Assembly (NCBI GenBank): GCA_014762505.1
Contig: JABURS010000019.1
Location: 12,919-76,918, forward strand
Source: Chromatiales bacterium
GTDB lineage: Bacteria; Pseudomonadota; Gammaproteobacteria; SpSt-1174
DNA: 64,000 nucleotides
Direction of reading: 5' to 3'
Under the pieces are notes generated by a model that worked only from the letters and a program-made list of their open reading frames with translations, was not told the DNA's origin and did no database searches. The position numbers were made by a program, and so were the translations under genes. Of the stretch, positions 8,241-19,042 are shown one piece after another; position 1 is the stretch's first letter, and the number at the start of each line of letters is the position of its first letter.

Positions 8241-10766
8241 ATGACCGACGCAGAAGCCCTCGTAGAGATCCAGGAGATCCTCCAGCACCTGGAGCAGATC
8301 AGTTTCGTGGCGCAGCGCGATGCCCGCGAGGCGCTGCCAGTGCTGGAGCCGCTGGGCGCCCAGCCGACCCTGCGCTGGCTGGAGGCCGCCCGCGACCTGT
8401 TCTTCCACGATCGCGAGGCCGGCAAGGTCTTCATGCGCGCCAGCCCCGCGGTGGTGGAGAAGACCGGCGAGGTGGACTTCTGGGTGGCGCAGGCCCGCGG
8501 CTTCTCGAAGTGGGTGAATTCCTGGGGGGCGCTCGAGGGCTTCATGGCCCAGGTGGGCGACGTGACGGCCGAATGGGGCCGCGAGGCCGAGCAGCGCTGG
8601 TACGACATCGGCCTGCGCTGGTGTGAGCGCCACCTGGAGGACGCCGCGCACTACTTCCGCGCCCCCTTCCGCGAACTCGGCGACGGGCGCGGCATCGAGG
8701 GTATCGAGGACCTGATCGCCCCGGCCGAGAAGCTCTTTGACGAGCGCGGCCTGACGCTGGATGCCTATCTCGAGGGGGCGGTGATCGCGCGCAACATCGT
8801 CGGCGTGGCGGGCATCGAGAGCTGGGCACGGCGCGGCGCCGACATCATGCAGGCCGGCCGTTCGCGCGGCGAGGAATACTTTCGGCTGGAGAGCGAGGAG
8901 AGCCTGCGCCTGCTGCTGGACGGCATGCCGGGCTACCGCCCGCGGCGCCACAGCCGCTTCCTGCAGCTGCTGACCACGGCCTGGTTCGGCCACCTGGTGC
9001 CGCTGGCCGATGGCGACTGGCGTCCGGGCCGGGGGCGCCCGATGATGGACACCGACGGGCATACCCTCTACCTGCCCGCCGTGCTGGAGGGGCGCGAGGA
9101 GGCCATCGTCGCGGTGCTCCACACCATGGGGCACCTGCGCTTCGACACCTATTTCCTCGACCACATCGAGGCGCTGTTTGGCGAGCTGGGCATGGAACAC
9201 CCGCCCGTCGACGCCGATCAGCGCATCACCTGGCGTCCGCTCTACGCCCACTTCGAGGAGCGCATGTTCCGCTTCCAGGTGCTGTTCGACCTCTGCGAGG
9301 ACCTGCGCGTGGACGCGCGCCTGGACACCCTCATCCCCGGTTACCTCAGACGCGTGGTGCACCTGGCCGACGCGCATGAGCAGCCGCAGGGTCCGGCCGG
9401 CGTGTTCTACCGCTACGCGCTGGCCCAGTACGAGGCCCTGGCCCTGGGGCGCGGTCTCGATGCACGCCTGCAGCCGCTGCTGGCGGAGGACGCCAGCGTG
9501 GTGGATGCCTTCCGCGTGTCCCGCGGGCTGTTCGACGAGGCCGAGTTTCCCGAGATCGGTATCGACGCGCGCGACGACGCCTACCTGCCGGGTCACGGGC
9601 ACAACACCGGTCGCCCGGTATACCCGCGCCGGCGCTGGCAGGACGAGGTCTACGTCAACGACTACGACGTGCACGCCGACAACAAGGCCGAGGCCGAGAA
9701 GCAGAAGGAAGAGCAGCCGCAGACCACGCAGGAGATGCGCCAGGTCGACCCCGACCCGGACATCAACGTGCCGCAGGAGAACACCTCCGGCAGCGGCGGG
9801 CGCATCGGCGTGGGCATCCCCATGCCGGCCCAGGTGGTCGGCCGCGGGGCGACCGTACACGAACTCACCGAGGGCTATCCCTATCCCGAGTGGGACTACC
9901 GCGAGCAACGCTACATCCACGAGTGGGCGCGGGTGCAGGAACGCCGGCTGGAGGAGATGGAACCCGAACGCGCGGAGATGATCCGCGCCGATCATGCCGG
10001 GGCGCTCAAGCGCCTGCGCCGCGCCCTGGAGATGCAGCGCCCGAGCCGCATGGCGCCCCTGCGCCGCCAGCTCGAGGGCGACGAACTCGACATGGAGGCG
10101 GCGGTGGGGTTCGTCGCCGAGAAGAAGGCCGGGCTCTCGCCCAAGCCCTTCATCTACCGCCACCGCACCCGCCAGCACCGCGACACGGCCGTGATGCTGC
10201 TGGCCGACATGTCCACCTCCATCATGGCGAGCCATGCCGGCGGGCAGGGCAAGCTCATCGACCACCTGCGCGCGGGCCTGATGATGTTCGCCGAGGCGAT
10301 CAACGACGTCGGCGATCCGAACGCGATCTGCGGCTTCGCCTCGAAGAACCACGACAACGTGAACTACTACGTGCTCAAGGACTTCGACGAGACCATGAAC
10401 CCCGACGTGCGCGCGCGCATCGCCGCCGTCTCCGGCCGCCTGGCCAGCCGCATGGGTGCGGCCATCCGTCACTCCATCGAGCGCTTCAACGGCGTGTCCG
10501 CCCATCATCGTCTGCTGCTGCTGCTCACCGACGGGCGTCCGGCCGACTACGACGACGGCGGCGACACACGCTACCTGCACGAGGACACGCGCATGGCGAT
10601 GAAGGAGGCCGTGGATCGCGGCATCCACCCCTTCTGCGTGACGCTCGACCCCTCCGGCAGCGAGTACCTCCCGGCGATCTTCGGCCCCGGGCACTACACC
10701 GTCATCGACCACGCGGCGGACCTGCCGGCCCGACTGCCCGAGATCTACCTGCGCCTGCGCCGCTGA
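8241..10766 (+). CDS. CbbO/NorD-like VWA-domain adaptor protein
   Basis: EDLRVD, YPEWDY, MIDAS DMSTS, SRMGAAIRH, LLLLTDGRP; follows the AAA+ gene. Confidence 0.88.
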   Translation: MTDAEALVEIQEILQHLEQISFVAQRDAREALPVLEPLGAQPTLRWLEAARDLFFHDREAGKVFMRASPAVVEKTGEVDFWVAQARGFSKWVNSWGALEGFMAQVGDVTAEWGREAEQRWYDIGLRWCERHLEDAAHYFRAPFRELGDGRGIEGIEDLIAPAEKLFDERGLTLDAYLEGAVIARNIVGVAGIESWARRGADIMQAGRSRGEEYFRLESEESLRLLLDGMPGYRPRRHSRFLQLLTTAWFGHLVPLADGDWRPGRGRPMMDTDGHTLYLPAVLEGREEAIVAVLHTMGHLRFDTYFLDHIEALFGELGMEHPPVDADQRITWRPLYAHFEERMFRFQVLFDLCEDLRVDARLDTLIPGYLRRVVHLADAHEQPQGPAGVFYRYALAQYEALALGRGLDARLQPLLAEDASVVDAFRVSRGLFDEAEFPEIGIDARDDAYLPGHGHNTGRPVYPRRRWQDEVYVNDYDVHADNKAEAEKQKEEQPQTTQEMRQVDPDPDINVPQENTSGSGGRIGVGIPMPAQVVGRGATVHELTEGYPYPEWDYREQRYIHEWARVQERRLEEMEPERAEMIRADHAGALKRLRRALEMQRPSRMAPLRRQLEGDELDMEAAVGFVAEKKAGLSPKPFIYRHRTRQHRDTAVMLLADMSTSIMASHAGGQGKLIDHLRAGLMMFAEAINDVGDPNAICGFASKNHDNVNYYVLKDFDETMNPDVRARIAAVSGRLASRMGAAIRHSIERFNGVSAHHRLLLLLTDGRPADYDDGGDTRYLHEDTRMAMKEAVDRGIHPFCVTLDPSGSEYLPAIFGPGHYTVIDHAADLPARLPEIYLRLRR

Positions 10767-10778
10767 GCGCCCCTGTCC

Positions 10779-11996
10779 ATGAGCCAGACTGCCGACGATC
10801 TCAACGCGAACCCCGTGGCCGTCCCGCCGACCCGCAAGGCGGTACTCACCGCCGCCGCGCGCTATCGCCGGCACTCCTACGGTGACAACCACCCGCTCGG
10901 TATCCCGCGCGTGTCGCTCACCCTGGACCTGATCCGCGCCTACGGCGCCCTGGACGAGGCCACCGAATACCTGCCCTCGCGCAAGGCCCTGCCGCGCGAG
11001 CTCCAGTGGTTCCACACCCGCGAGTACGTCTCGGCCATGCAGCGCTGCGAGGCCGTGGGCAAGGTGTTCGACAAGTACCGCCAGCGCCACAACATCGGCA
11101 ATTACGAGAACCCGTATTTCCCGGATTTCTTCGCCACGCCCGCCACCGCCACCGGCGGCAGCATCCAGGGCGCCGAGGAGGTGCTGAAGGGCCGCGTCGC
11201 CTTCAGTCCGGCCGGCGGCATGCACCACGCCCTGCCGGATTCCGCCCAGGGCTTCTGCTTCTTCAACGACCCTGCGCTGGCCATCCTGCGCCTGCGCCAG
11301 GAAGGGCTGCGCGTGCTGTACGTCGATATCGACGCGCATCACGGCGACGGCGTGGAATACGCCTTTCGCGACGACCCCGGCGTCTGCACCTTCTCCCTGC
11401 ACATGGACACCGAGTACGCCTATCCCTTCAAGGGCGGGCAGGTGACGGATACGGGGCCGCAGGGCAATGCCGTGAACGTGCCGCTGCCCCGCGAGATGAA
11501 CGACAGCGAATACCGTCACGTCTTTACCCGGGTCTGGCCCGCGGTGCTGGCGGCCTTCGAACCGGAGGTCGTGGTGCTGCAGACCGGTACCGACATCCTG
11601 CGGCCGGACCCGCTCGGCAAGTTCCGCATCTCCACGCAGCTGTTCCTGGAGCTGGTGCAGCGCATCCTCGACGACAGCCCGACGCATGCCGACGGCACGC
11701 CGCGCCTGCTGGCGGTGGGCGGCGGCGGCTATCACCCGCTGGTGCTGGCGCGCTGCTGGGTCGGCGTGTGGGCCATCCTCTCCGGGCGTGAGCTCCCCGC
11801 CGAGCTGCCGGATGCGGGACAGGCCCTGCTGCGCGCGGTGGACTGGGACCAGGACGAGGACGAGGAGTATTTCGAAGGCCTGTTTGCCAGCCGGCTCGAC
11901 CCCGCCTACGAGGGCGAGCTGCGCGCCGAGGTGCGTGCGCTGGCCGACCGGGTGCTGGACACGCACCCGCTGTTCGCCGGGGCCGCCGTGCGCTGA
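10779..11996 (+). CDS. Histone deacetylase family (AcuC-like) Zn-dependent lysine deacylase
   Basis: GGMHHA, GFCFFND, YVDIDAHHGDG, SLH, NVPLP, GTD...DPLG and GGGGY all intact. Confidence 0.9.
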   Translation: MSQTADDLNANPVAVPPTRKAVLTAAARYRRHSYGDNHPLGIPRVSLTLDLIRAYGALDEATEYLPSRKALPRELQWFHTREYVSAMQRCEAVGKVFDKYRQRHNIGNYENPYFPDFFATPATATGGSIQGAEEVLKGRVAFSPAGGMHHALPDSAQGFCFFNDPALAILRLRQEGLRVLYVDIDAHHGDGVEYAFRDDPGVCTFSLHMDTEYAYPFKGGQVTDTGPQGNAVNVPLPREMNDSEYRHVFTRVWPAVLAAFEPEVVVLQTGTDILRPDPLGKFRISTQLFLELVQRILDDSPTHADGTPRLLAVGGGGYHPLVLARCWVGVWAILSGRELPAELPDAGQALLRAVDWDQDEDEEYFEGLFASRLDPAYEGELRAEVRALADRVLDTHPLFAGAAVR

Positions 11997-12055
11997 AGCC
12001 CGGCCCCGATTCTGATAACCTTCTGCGGTTTACGACCGCAGTCCAACCGATACCC

Positions 12056-13231
12056 GTGACGATGCAGCCAAAACCGACCCTGATCACCGGACATGCCAAC
12101 GCCAAGGCCACCCGCGCCTACGCCGAGCAGCACCAGCGCGAGGGGCACGCGGCCGAGGGCCATTACAGCGAGTTCCTGCGCGCACGCATGCAGCTCTCGA
12201 GCCTGGGCGTGGGCACCTTCCCGGGCGCGGCCACGCCCGAGGTGGATGCGAAGATCGCGGCCATCGTCACCCGTGCCCTGCTGTCCGGCGTCAACGTCAT
12301 CGACACCGGTGCGCATTACCGCTACGGCCGTTCGCTGGCCGCGGTGGGGGCGGGCGTGCGTGCCGCGGTCGAGGCCGGCGTGCCGCGCGAGGCCATGTTC
12401 CTGATCTCCAAGGGGGGCTTCCTCACCCTGCGCGGCGGGCCGCCGCCCGACATGCAGGCCTGGTTCGAGCAGGAGATCGTGGCGCAGGGCTACGGCAGCA
12501 TGGAGGACCTGGCCAAGGGCTGCCATCTGCTCACGCCGGCCTACATCAATTACCAGATCGAGCTCTCGCGCAACCTGATGGGTGTGGAGACGCTGGACGC
12601 CTTCCTCGTCGACCAGCCCGAGGTGCACATCCCGGAGATCGGCAAGGAGGCGCTCAACCGCAAGCTGCTGCCGGTGTTCGAGGTGCTGGAGCGGGCCGTT
12701 GCCGAGGGCCGCATCCGCTACTACGGCATCGCCACCTTCGACAGCCTGCGGGTGGAGACCGACGACAAGCTGTTCCAGTCCATCACCTCCATGCAGGGCC
12801 TGGCCGAGAAGGCGGCGCAGGCCGCGACCGGCCAGGACATGGCGCGCCACCACTTCAAGCTCATGACCATGCCCTTCAACCAGGTGATGCTGGAGGGCTT
12901 CACGCGCTTCAACACCGCCACCGGGCAGGGCAACGTCGGCTCGCCGGTGCAGGCCGCGCATCAGCTCGACGTGTACATGATGGCCAGCCACAGCATGTTC
13001 AAGGGCCATCTGGCGCAGCAGTCCATGGACGTGGTGGAGCGTGCCATCGGCAACGTCGCCAATCCCGCGCAGCGCGCCCTGCAGTTCAACCGGTCCACGC
13101 CCGGCATCGGCACCTCGCTGGTGGGCATGAGCACGCCCGAGCACCTGGACGACGTGCTGGCCGTGGCCAAGCTCCCGCCGCTGCCGCGCAAGGACTACCT
13201 CGCCATGTACCAGAAGGCCGAGGGCGTGTAA
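12056..13231 (+). CDS. Aldo/keto reductase family protein (divergent)
   Basis: LSSLGVGT, IDTGAHY, ISKGG, GRIRYYGIAT, LVGMSTPEHL; start may be ATG 12062. Confidence 0.8.
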   Translation: MTMQPKPTLITGHANAKATRAYAEQHQREGHAAEGHYSEFLRARMQLSSLGVGTFPGAATPEVDAKIAAIVTRALLSGVNVIDTGAHYRYGRSLAAVGAGVRAAVEAGVPREAMFLISKGGFLTLRGGPPPDMQAWFEQEIVAQGYGSMEDLAKGCHLLTPAYINYQIELSRNLMGVETLDAFLVDQPEVHIPEIGKEALNRKLLPVFEVLERAVAEGRIRYYGIATFDSLRVETDDKLFQSITSMQGLAEKAAQAATGQDMARHHFKLMTMPFNQVMLEGFTRFNTATGQGNVGSPVQAAHQLDVYMMASHSMFKGHLAQQSMDVVERAIGNVANPAQRALQFNRSTPGIGTSLVGMSTPEHLDDVLAVAKLPPLPRKDYLAMYQKAEGV

Positions 13232-13256
13232 CCGCCCCGCCCGGAGACGAGACCCG

Positions 13257-14834
13257 ATGCAAGCCGACCTCAAGGCCCTGGAGTTCGACGCCATCCGCCG
13301 GCTCCTGGAAAAGCTCACCGCCACCCCCTACGGGGCCGACGCGGCCCGCGCCCTGGAGCCCGCGCCGAGTCTGGACATCGCCCGCAACATGCAGCAGGCG
13401 GTGACGGTGGCCCGCCAGCTCGTCGACGCCGGCCAGGCCCCGTCCATCGGCCAGCTGCCGGACGTGCGCGCCGCCCTGCGCCAGGCCGCCTCCCCGGGCG
13501 CGGCCCTGAGCAGCCAGGCGCTGTACAACCTGCAGGTGGTGATGAACGCCGGCAGCCGGCTGGCCGATGCCCTGGCCGGCCGGCCCGGACTCTATCCCGG
13601 CGATCTGGCTGAACTGCGTCCGCCGCAGCCGATCGTCGACATCCTCGCCCGTACCCTGGTGGGCGCGGGTACCCTGCGTGACGATGCCAGCGAGGCCCTG
13701 GTGGGCTATTTCGGCGAGCGCCGGGCGCTGCGCGAGCAGGTGGAGGACGTGGTGCGCAAGCGCATGGCGAAGGCCGACATCAAGGACCAGTTCGAGGATG
13801 CGAACCGGGTCGACTGGTACAATGAGCGCGCCGTGATCACCCTGCGCGGTACCGAGGCCGACAAGGTCAAGGGGGTGCGCCGTGGCTCGGCCATGGGCGG
13901 GCGCGACGTCATCATCGAGCCGATGGAGGCCGTGCCGCACAACAACCAGCTGGAGACGGTGAACGGCAAGATCACCGGCGAACAGCAGCGCCTGCTGCGC
14001 GAGATCACGGGCGTGATCCGCGAGCACGTCGAGTCCCTCCAGCAGCTGCTCGCGGCCATCACCTGGGTGGACCTCGCGCTGGCCGCCGGCGAGCTGAGCC
14101 GCGCCATGCACGGCCACGCCCCCACGCTGAGCGAGTCGGCCGGCGTGGAGCTCAACCAGGCCTATCACCCGCTCCTGCTGCTGCAGTTCGCCGGCGGCCG
14201 CGGCCCGCAGCCCGTGCCGCTGTCGATCCGTCTGGGCGGCGAGGACACCATCCTGCTGATCACCGGGCCCAACACCGGTGGCAAGACCGTGGCGCTCAAG
14301 ACCCTGGGGCTGCTCACGGTGATGGCCTACTGCGGCCTGCACATCCCGGCCGAACAGGATTGCGTGATCGGCAACTACCGCAAGGTGATCGTCGATGTCG
14401 GCGACCACCAGAGCCTGTTCCACCACCTGTCCACCTTCGCCGGCCACGTGGAGGTGCTCAAGCGCATCCTCGACGAGGCCGACGGCGACACCCTGGTGCT
14501 GCTCGACGAGCTGGGCACCGGCACCGACCCGGAGGAGGGCGCGGCACTGGCCATGGCGGTGTTGGACGAGCTGCTGGAGCGCCGCGTGCAGGGCATCGTC
14601 AACACCCACCTCTCGCCGCTCAAGGACTACGCCGACCGTCACGCCAACATCGTCAACGCCTCCATGCAGTTCGACCACGAGCGCCTGGTGCCCACCTACC
14701 AGCTGCAGATCGGCGTACCCGGCGTCTCGCTGGGGCTCACCATCGCCGAGAAGAACGGTCTGCCCCGCGACCTGATCGGCCGGGCCCGCGAGCACCTGGC
14801 CGAGATCTCCGAACTGAGCGCCCGCCACGGCTGA
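13257..14834 (+). CDS. MutS2-like ATPase lacking the C-terminal KOW/Smr region
   Basis: N-terminal LEFDAIR, Walker A GPNTGGKT, LSTFAGH, Walker B LLDELGTGTDP, TH, PTYQLQIGVPGVS; only 525 aa. Confidence 0.88.
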   Translation: MQADLKALEFDAIRRLLEKLTATPYGADAARALEPAPSLDIARNMQQAVTVARQLVDAGQAPSIGQLPDVRAALRQAASPGAALSSQALYNLQVVMNAGSRLADALAGRPGLYPGDLAELRPPQPIVDILARTLVGAGTLRDDASEALVGYFGERRALREQVEDVVRKRMAKADIKDQFEDANRVDWYNERAVITLRGTEADKVKGVRRGSAMGGRDVIIEPMEAVPHNNQLETVNGKITGEQQRLLREITGVIREHVESLQQLLAAITWVDLALAAGELSRAMHGHAPTLSESAGVELNQAYHPLLLLQFAGGRGPQPVPLSIRLGGEDTILLITGPNTGGKTVALKTLGLLTVMAYCGLHIPAEQDCVIGNYRKVIVDVGDHQSLFHHLSTFAGHVEVLKRILDEADGDTLVLLDELGTGTDPEEGAALAMAVLDELLERRVQGIVNTHLSPLKDYADRHANIVNASMQFDHERLVPTYQLQIGVPGVSLGLTIAEKNGLPRDLIGRAREHLAEISELSARHG

Positions 14835-15046
14835 TGCCGTCGGCGGCCCGCCCGCGGGGCCGGATCTCCCCCGGCCACGCGCAATATTAATAGTTCGTGA
14901 AATCTTGAATCGAAGCGGTTAAGATTAAAGTCTTTCGCTTTCCGTACCCTCGGCGGCAATCGTGTTGATTTTATGGGGTTTTTTCTCCCGGCCGGTTATG
15001 GGACGGTAGGCGTGTTTCTGAGAAACTTCCGTATGGGGACTTGCAA

Positions 15047-16741
15047 GTGGAACTGACCGGTGCCGAAATCTTCGTCCGTTGCCTCAAGGAAGAGGGCGTA
15101 GATGTCATTTTCGGGTATCCCGGTGGTGCGGTCCTGCACATCTACGACGCGCTGTACAAGCAGAAGGACGTGACCCACGTCCTCGTGCGTCACGAGCAGG
15201 GCGCGGTGCACGCCGCCGAGGGCTACGCGAAATCCTCCGACCGTCCGGGCGTGGCGCTGGTCACCTCGGGCCCGGGTGCCACCAATGCCATCACCGGCAT
15301 TGCCGACGCCTACATGGATTCGGTACCGCTGGTCGTCTTCTCCGGCCAGGTCAATACCGCGCTCATCGGCAACGACGCCTTCCAGGAAGTGGACACGGTG
15401 GGCATCACGCGCCCGATCGTGAAGCACAACTTCCTGGTCAAGGACGTGAAGGACCTGGCCGAGACCATCAAGAAGGCCTTCTACGTGGCGACCACCGGCC
15501 GTCCCGGTCCGGTGGTGGTGGACATCCCCAAGGACGTGACCGCCAACAAGGCCGAGTTCAAGTACCCGCGCACGGTGAAGATGCGCTCGTACAACCCGAC
15601 CGTGAAGGGGCATCTGGGCCAGATCAAGAAGGCGGTGGATCTCATCCTCGCGGCCGAGAAGCCCATGATCTACAGCGGCGGCGGTGTGATCCTGAGCCAT
15701 GCCTCCAAGGCGCTGACCGACTTCACGAAGTACCTCGGTTATCCCATCACCAACACGCTGATGGGCCTGGGCGCCTATCCGGCCACCGACCGGCAGTTCG
15801 TCGGCATGCTGGGCATGCACGGCACCTACGAGGCCAACATGGGCATGCACCATGCCGACCTCATCATCGCCGTCGGGGCACGTTTCGACGACCGCGTGAC
15901 CGGCAACATCGAGAAGTTCTGCCCGCATGCGAAGATCGTGCACCTGGACATCGACCCGGCCTCCATCTCCAAGAACGTGAAGGTGGATGTGCCGATCGTG
16001 GGCGACGTGGACCATGTGCTCAAGGAGCTGATCAAGGAACTCAAGGCGCGCAAGGAAAAGCCCGATGCCAAGGCGCTGGACGCCTGGTGGAAGCAGATCG
16101 AGGAATGGCGCGCCATGGACTGCCTCAAGTACGACCGCGAGAGCGAGCTGATCAAGCCGCAGTACGTGATCCAGAAACTCTGGGAAGTGACCAAGGGCGA
16201 TGCCTTCGTGACCTCGGACGTGGGTCAGCACCAGATGTTCACGGCGCAGTTCTACAAGTTCGACAAGCCCAACCGCTGGATCAATTCCGGGGGACTCGGC
16301 ACCATGGGCTTCGGCCTGCCGGCCGCCATGGGCGTGCAGATGGCCAACCCCAAGGAGCTGGTCTGCACCGTCACGGGCGAGGCCAGCATCCAGATGTGCA
16401 TCCAGGAGCTGTCCACCTGCCTGCAGTACCAGCTGCCCATCAAGGTCGTGAACCTCAACAACCGCTACATGGGCATGGTGCGTCAGTGGCAGGAGTTCTT
16501 CTACCAGGGCCGCTACGCCATGTCCTACATGGATGCCCTGCCGGACTTCGTGAAGCTGGCCGAGGCCTACGGACACGTCGGCATGCGCATCGAGAAGCCG
16601 GCCGATGTCGAGGGCGCGCTCAAGGAGGCGATGAAGCTAAAGGACCGCCTGGTCTTCATGGACTTCATCACCGACCAGGGTGAGAACGTCTATCCCATGA
16701 TTCCCGCCGGTGCGGGGCAGAACGAAATGATCCTGGTGTAA
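15047..16741 (+). CDS. ilvI: Acetolactate synthase large subunit
   Basis: [38 protein letters not shown] 15047 (or TTG 15041). Confidence 0.95.
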   Translation: MELTGAEIFVRCLKEEGVDVIFGYPGGAVLHIYDALYKQKDVTHVLVRHEQGAVHAAEGYAKSSDRPGVALVTSGPGATNAITGIADAYMDSVPLVVFSGQVNTALIGNDAFQEVDTVGITRPIVKHNFLVKDVKDLAETIKKAFYVATTGRPGPVVVDIPKDVTANKAEFKYPRTVKMRSYNPTVKGHLGQIKKAVDLILAAEKPMIYSGGGVILSHASKALTDFTKYLGYPITNTLMGLGAYPATDRQFVGMLGMHGTYEANMGMHHADLIIAVGARFDDRVTGNIEKFCPHAKIVHLDIDPASISKNVKVDVPIVGDVDHVLKELIKELKARKEKPDAKALDAWWKQIEEWRAMDCLKYDRESELIKPQYVIQKLWEVTKGDAFVTSDVGQHQMFTAQFYKFDKPNRWINSGGLGTMGFGLPAAMGVQMANPKELVCTVTGEASIQMCIQELSTCLQYQLPIKVVNLNNRYMGMVRQWQEFFYQGRYAMSYMDALPDFVKLAEAYGHVGMRIEKPADVEGALKEAMKLKDRLVFMDFITDQGENVYPMIPAGAGQNEMILV

Positions 16742-16744
16742 GTC

Positions 16745-18330
<1,586 letters not shown>

Positions 18331-18339
18331 GCAACAGGG

Positions 18340-18372
18340 GCCGGCGGGGCAAAAGTACCGCCGGCCTTTTTC
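18340..18372 (+). terminator. Intrinsic terminator after ilvC
   Basis: GCCGGCGG...CCGCCGGC followed by TTTTT. Confidence 0.65.
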
Positions 18373-18386
18373 GTTGTGGAGGACTG

Positions 18387-19010
18387 ATGTTCCCGATCGC
18401 GCGCGAGGCCCGTCTGTTCGTACTGGTGCTGCTGGCCGTGGCCGTGCTGGCCTCGATCTATCTGCCGCTGGTCGTGGCGGCGGTGTTCTGGTTGATGCTC
18501 CTGCTGCTGGCCTTTCTGCTGCGCGACCTGCGGAGGCTGGTGCCGTCGCGACCGCTGGCCGTGGTCAGTCCGGTGGATGGCGTGGTGACCTCGGTGTCCG
18601 AGGCACGTGACCCCTATCTCAAGCGCGAGGCCCTGGTCATCCGCATCCGCCAGCACTGGTTCGGCGAGTTCAACGTACATAGCCCGGTGGAAGGCAAGAT
18701 CACGGAGCGCTGGTGGCCGGAACGCACGCGCGAGGACGAGGACGAGCTCCCCCCCGGGCACTTCGCCATCTGGATGCAGACCGACGAGGGCGATGATGCC
18801 GTGGTGGCCATTGATCTGCAGGGACGGTTCCGGCTCATGCACTGCAGCGCACAGGCGGGCGAACGCACGGGGCAGGGGCGGCGCTGCGGCCTGATGGGCT
18901 TCGGCCGGCCGGTCACCGTCTATCTGCCGGCCACTGCCCGCGTGGCCGTGGCGCCGGGGCAGCGCCTGCTGGCGGGGAGCGACGTGATTGCTTCCTTCGT
19001 GCATGGCTAA
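18387..19010 (+). CDS. Phosphatidylserine decarboxylase-like protein (PSD-A type), apparently lacking the autocleavage Ser
   Basis: N-terminal membrane segment, SPVDG, SPVEG, VYLP...G...AG; FGRPV in place of FGSRV; upstream of pssA. Confidence 0.75.
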   Translation: MFPIAREARLFVLVLLAVAVLASIYLPLVVAAVFWLMLLLLAFLLRDLRRLVPSRPLAVVSPVDGVVTSVSEARDPYLKREALVIRIRQHWFGEFNVHSPVEGKITERWWPERTREDEDELPPGHFAIWMQTDEGDDAVVAIDLQGRFRLMHCSAQAGERTGQGRRCGLMGFGRPVTVYLPATARVAVAPGQRLLAGSDVIASFVHG

Positions 19011-19042
19011 CATAATCGGTCCGACATACACGTCTATGCAGG

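Noticed and set aside
7251..11966. 1571-aa minus-strand ORF, and similar long ORFs at 33320-36418, 37574-40540 and 27898-30306
   Set aside because: Antisense shadows of well-supported genes in high-GC DNA; no recognisable motifs
14835..15046. Possible ilv attenuator leader
   Set aside because: The short ORF there is not enriched in Ile/Leu/Val codons and no terminator hairpin is evident
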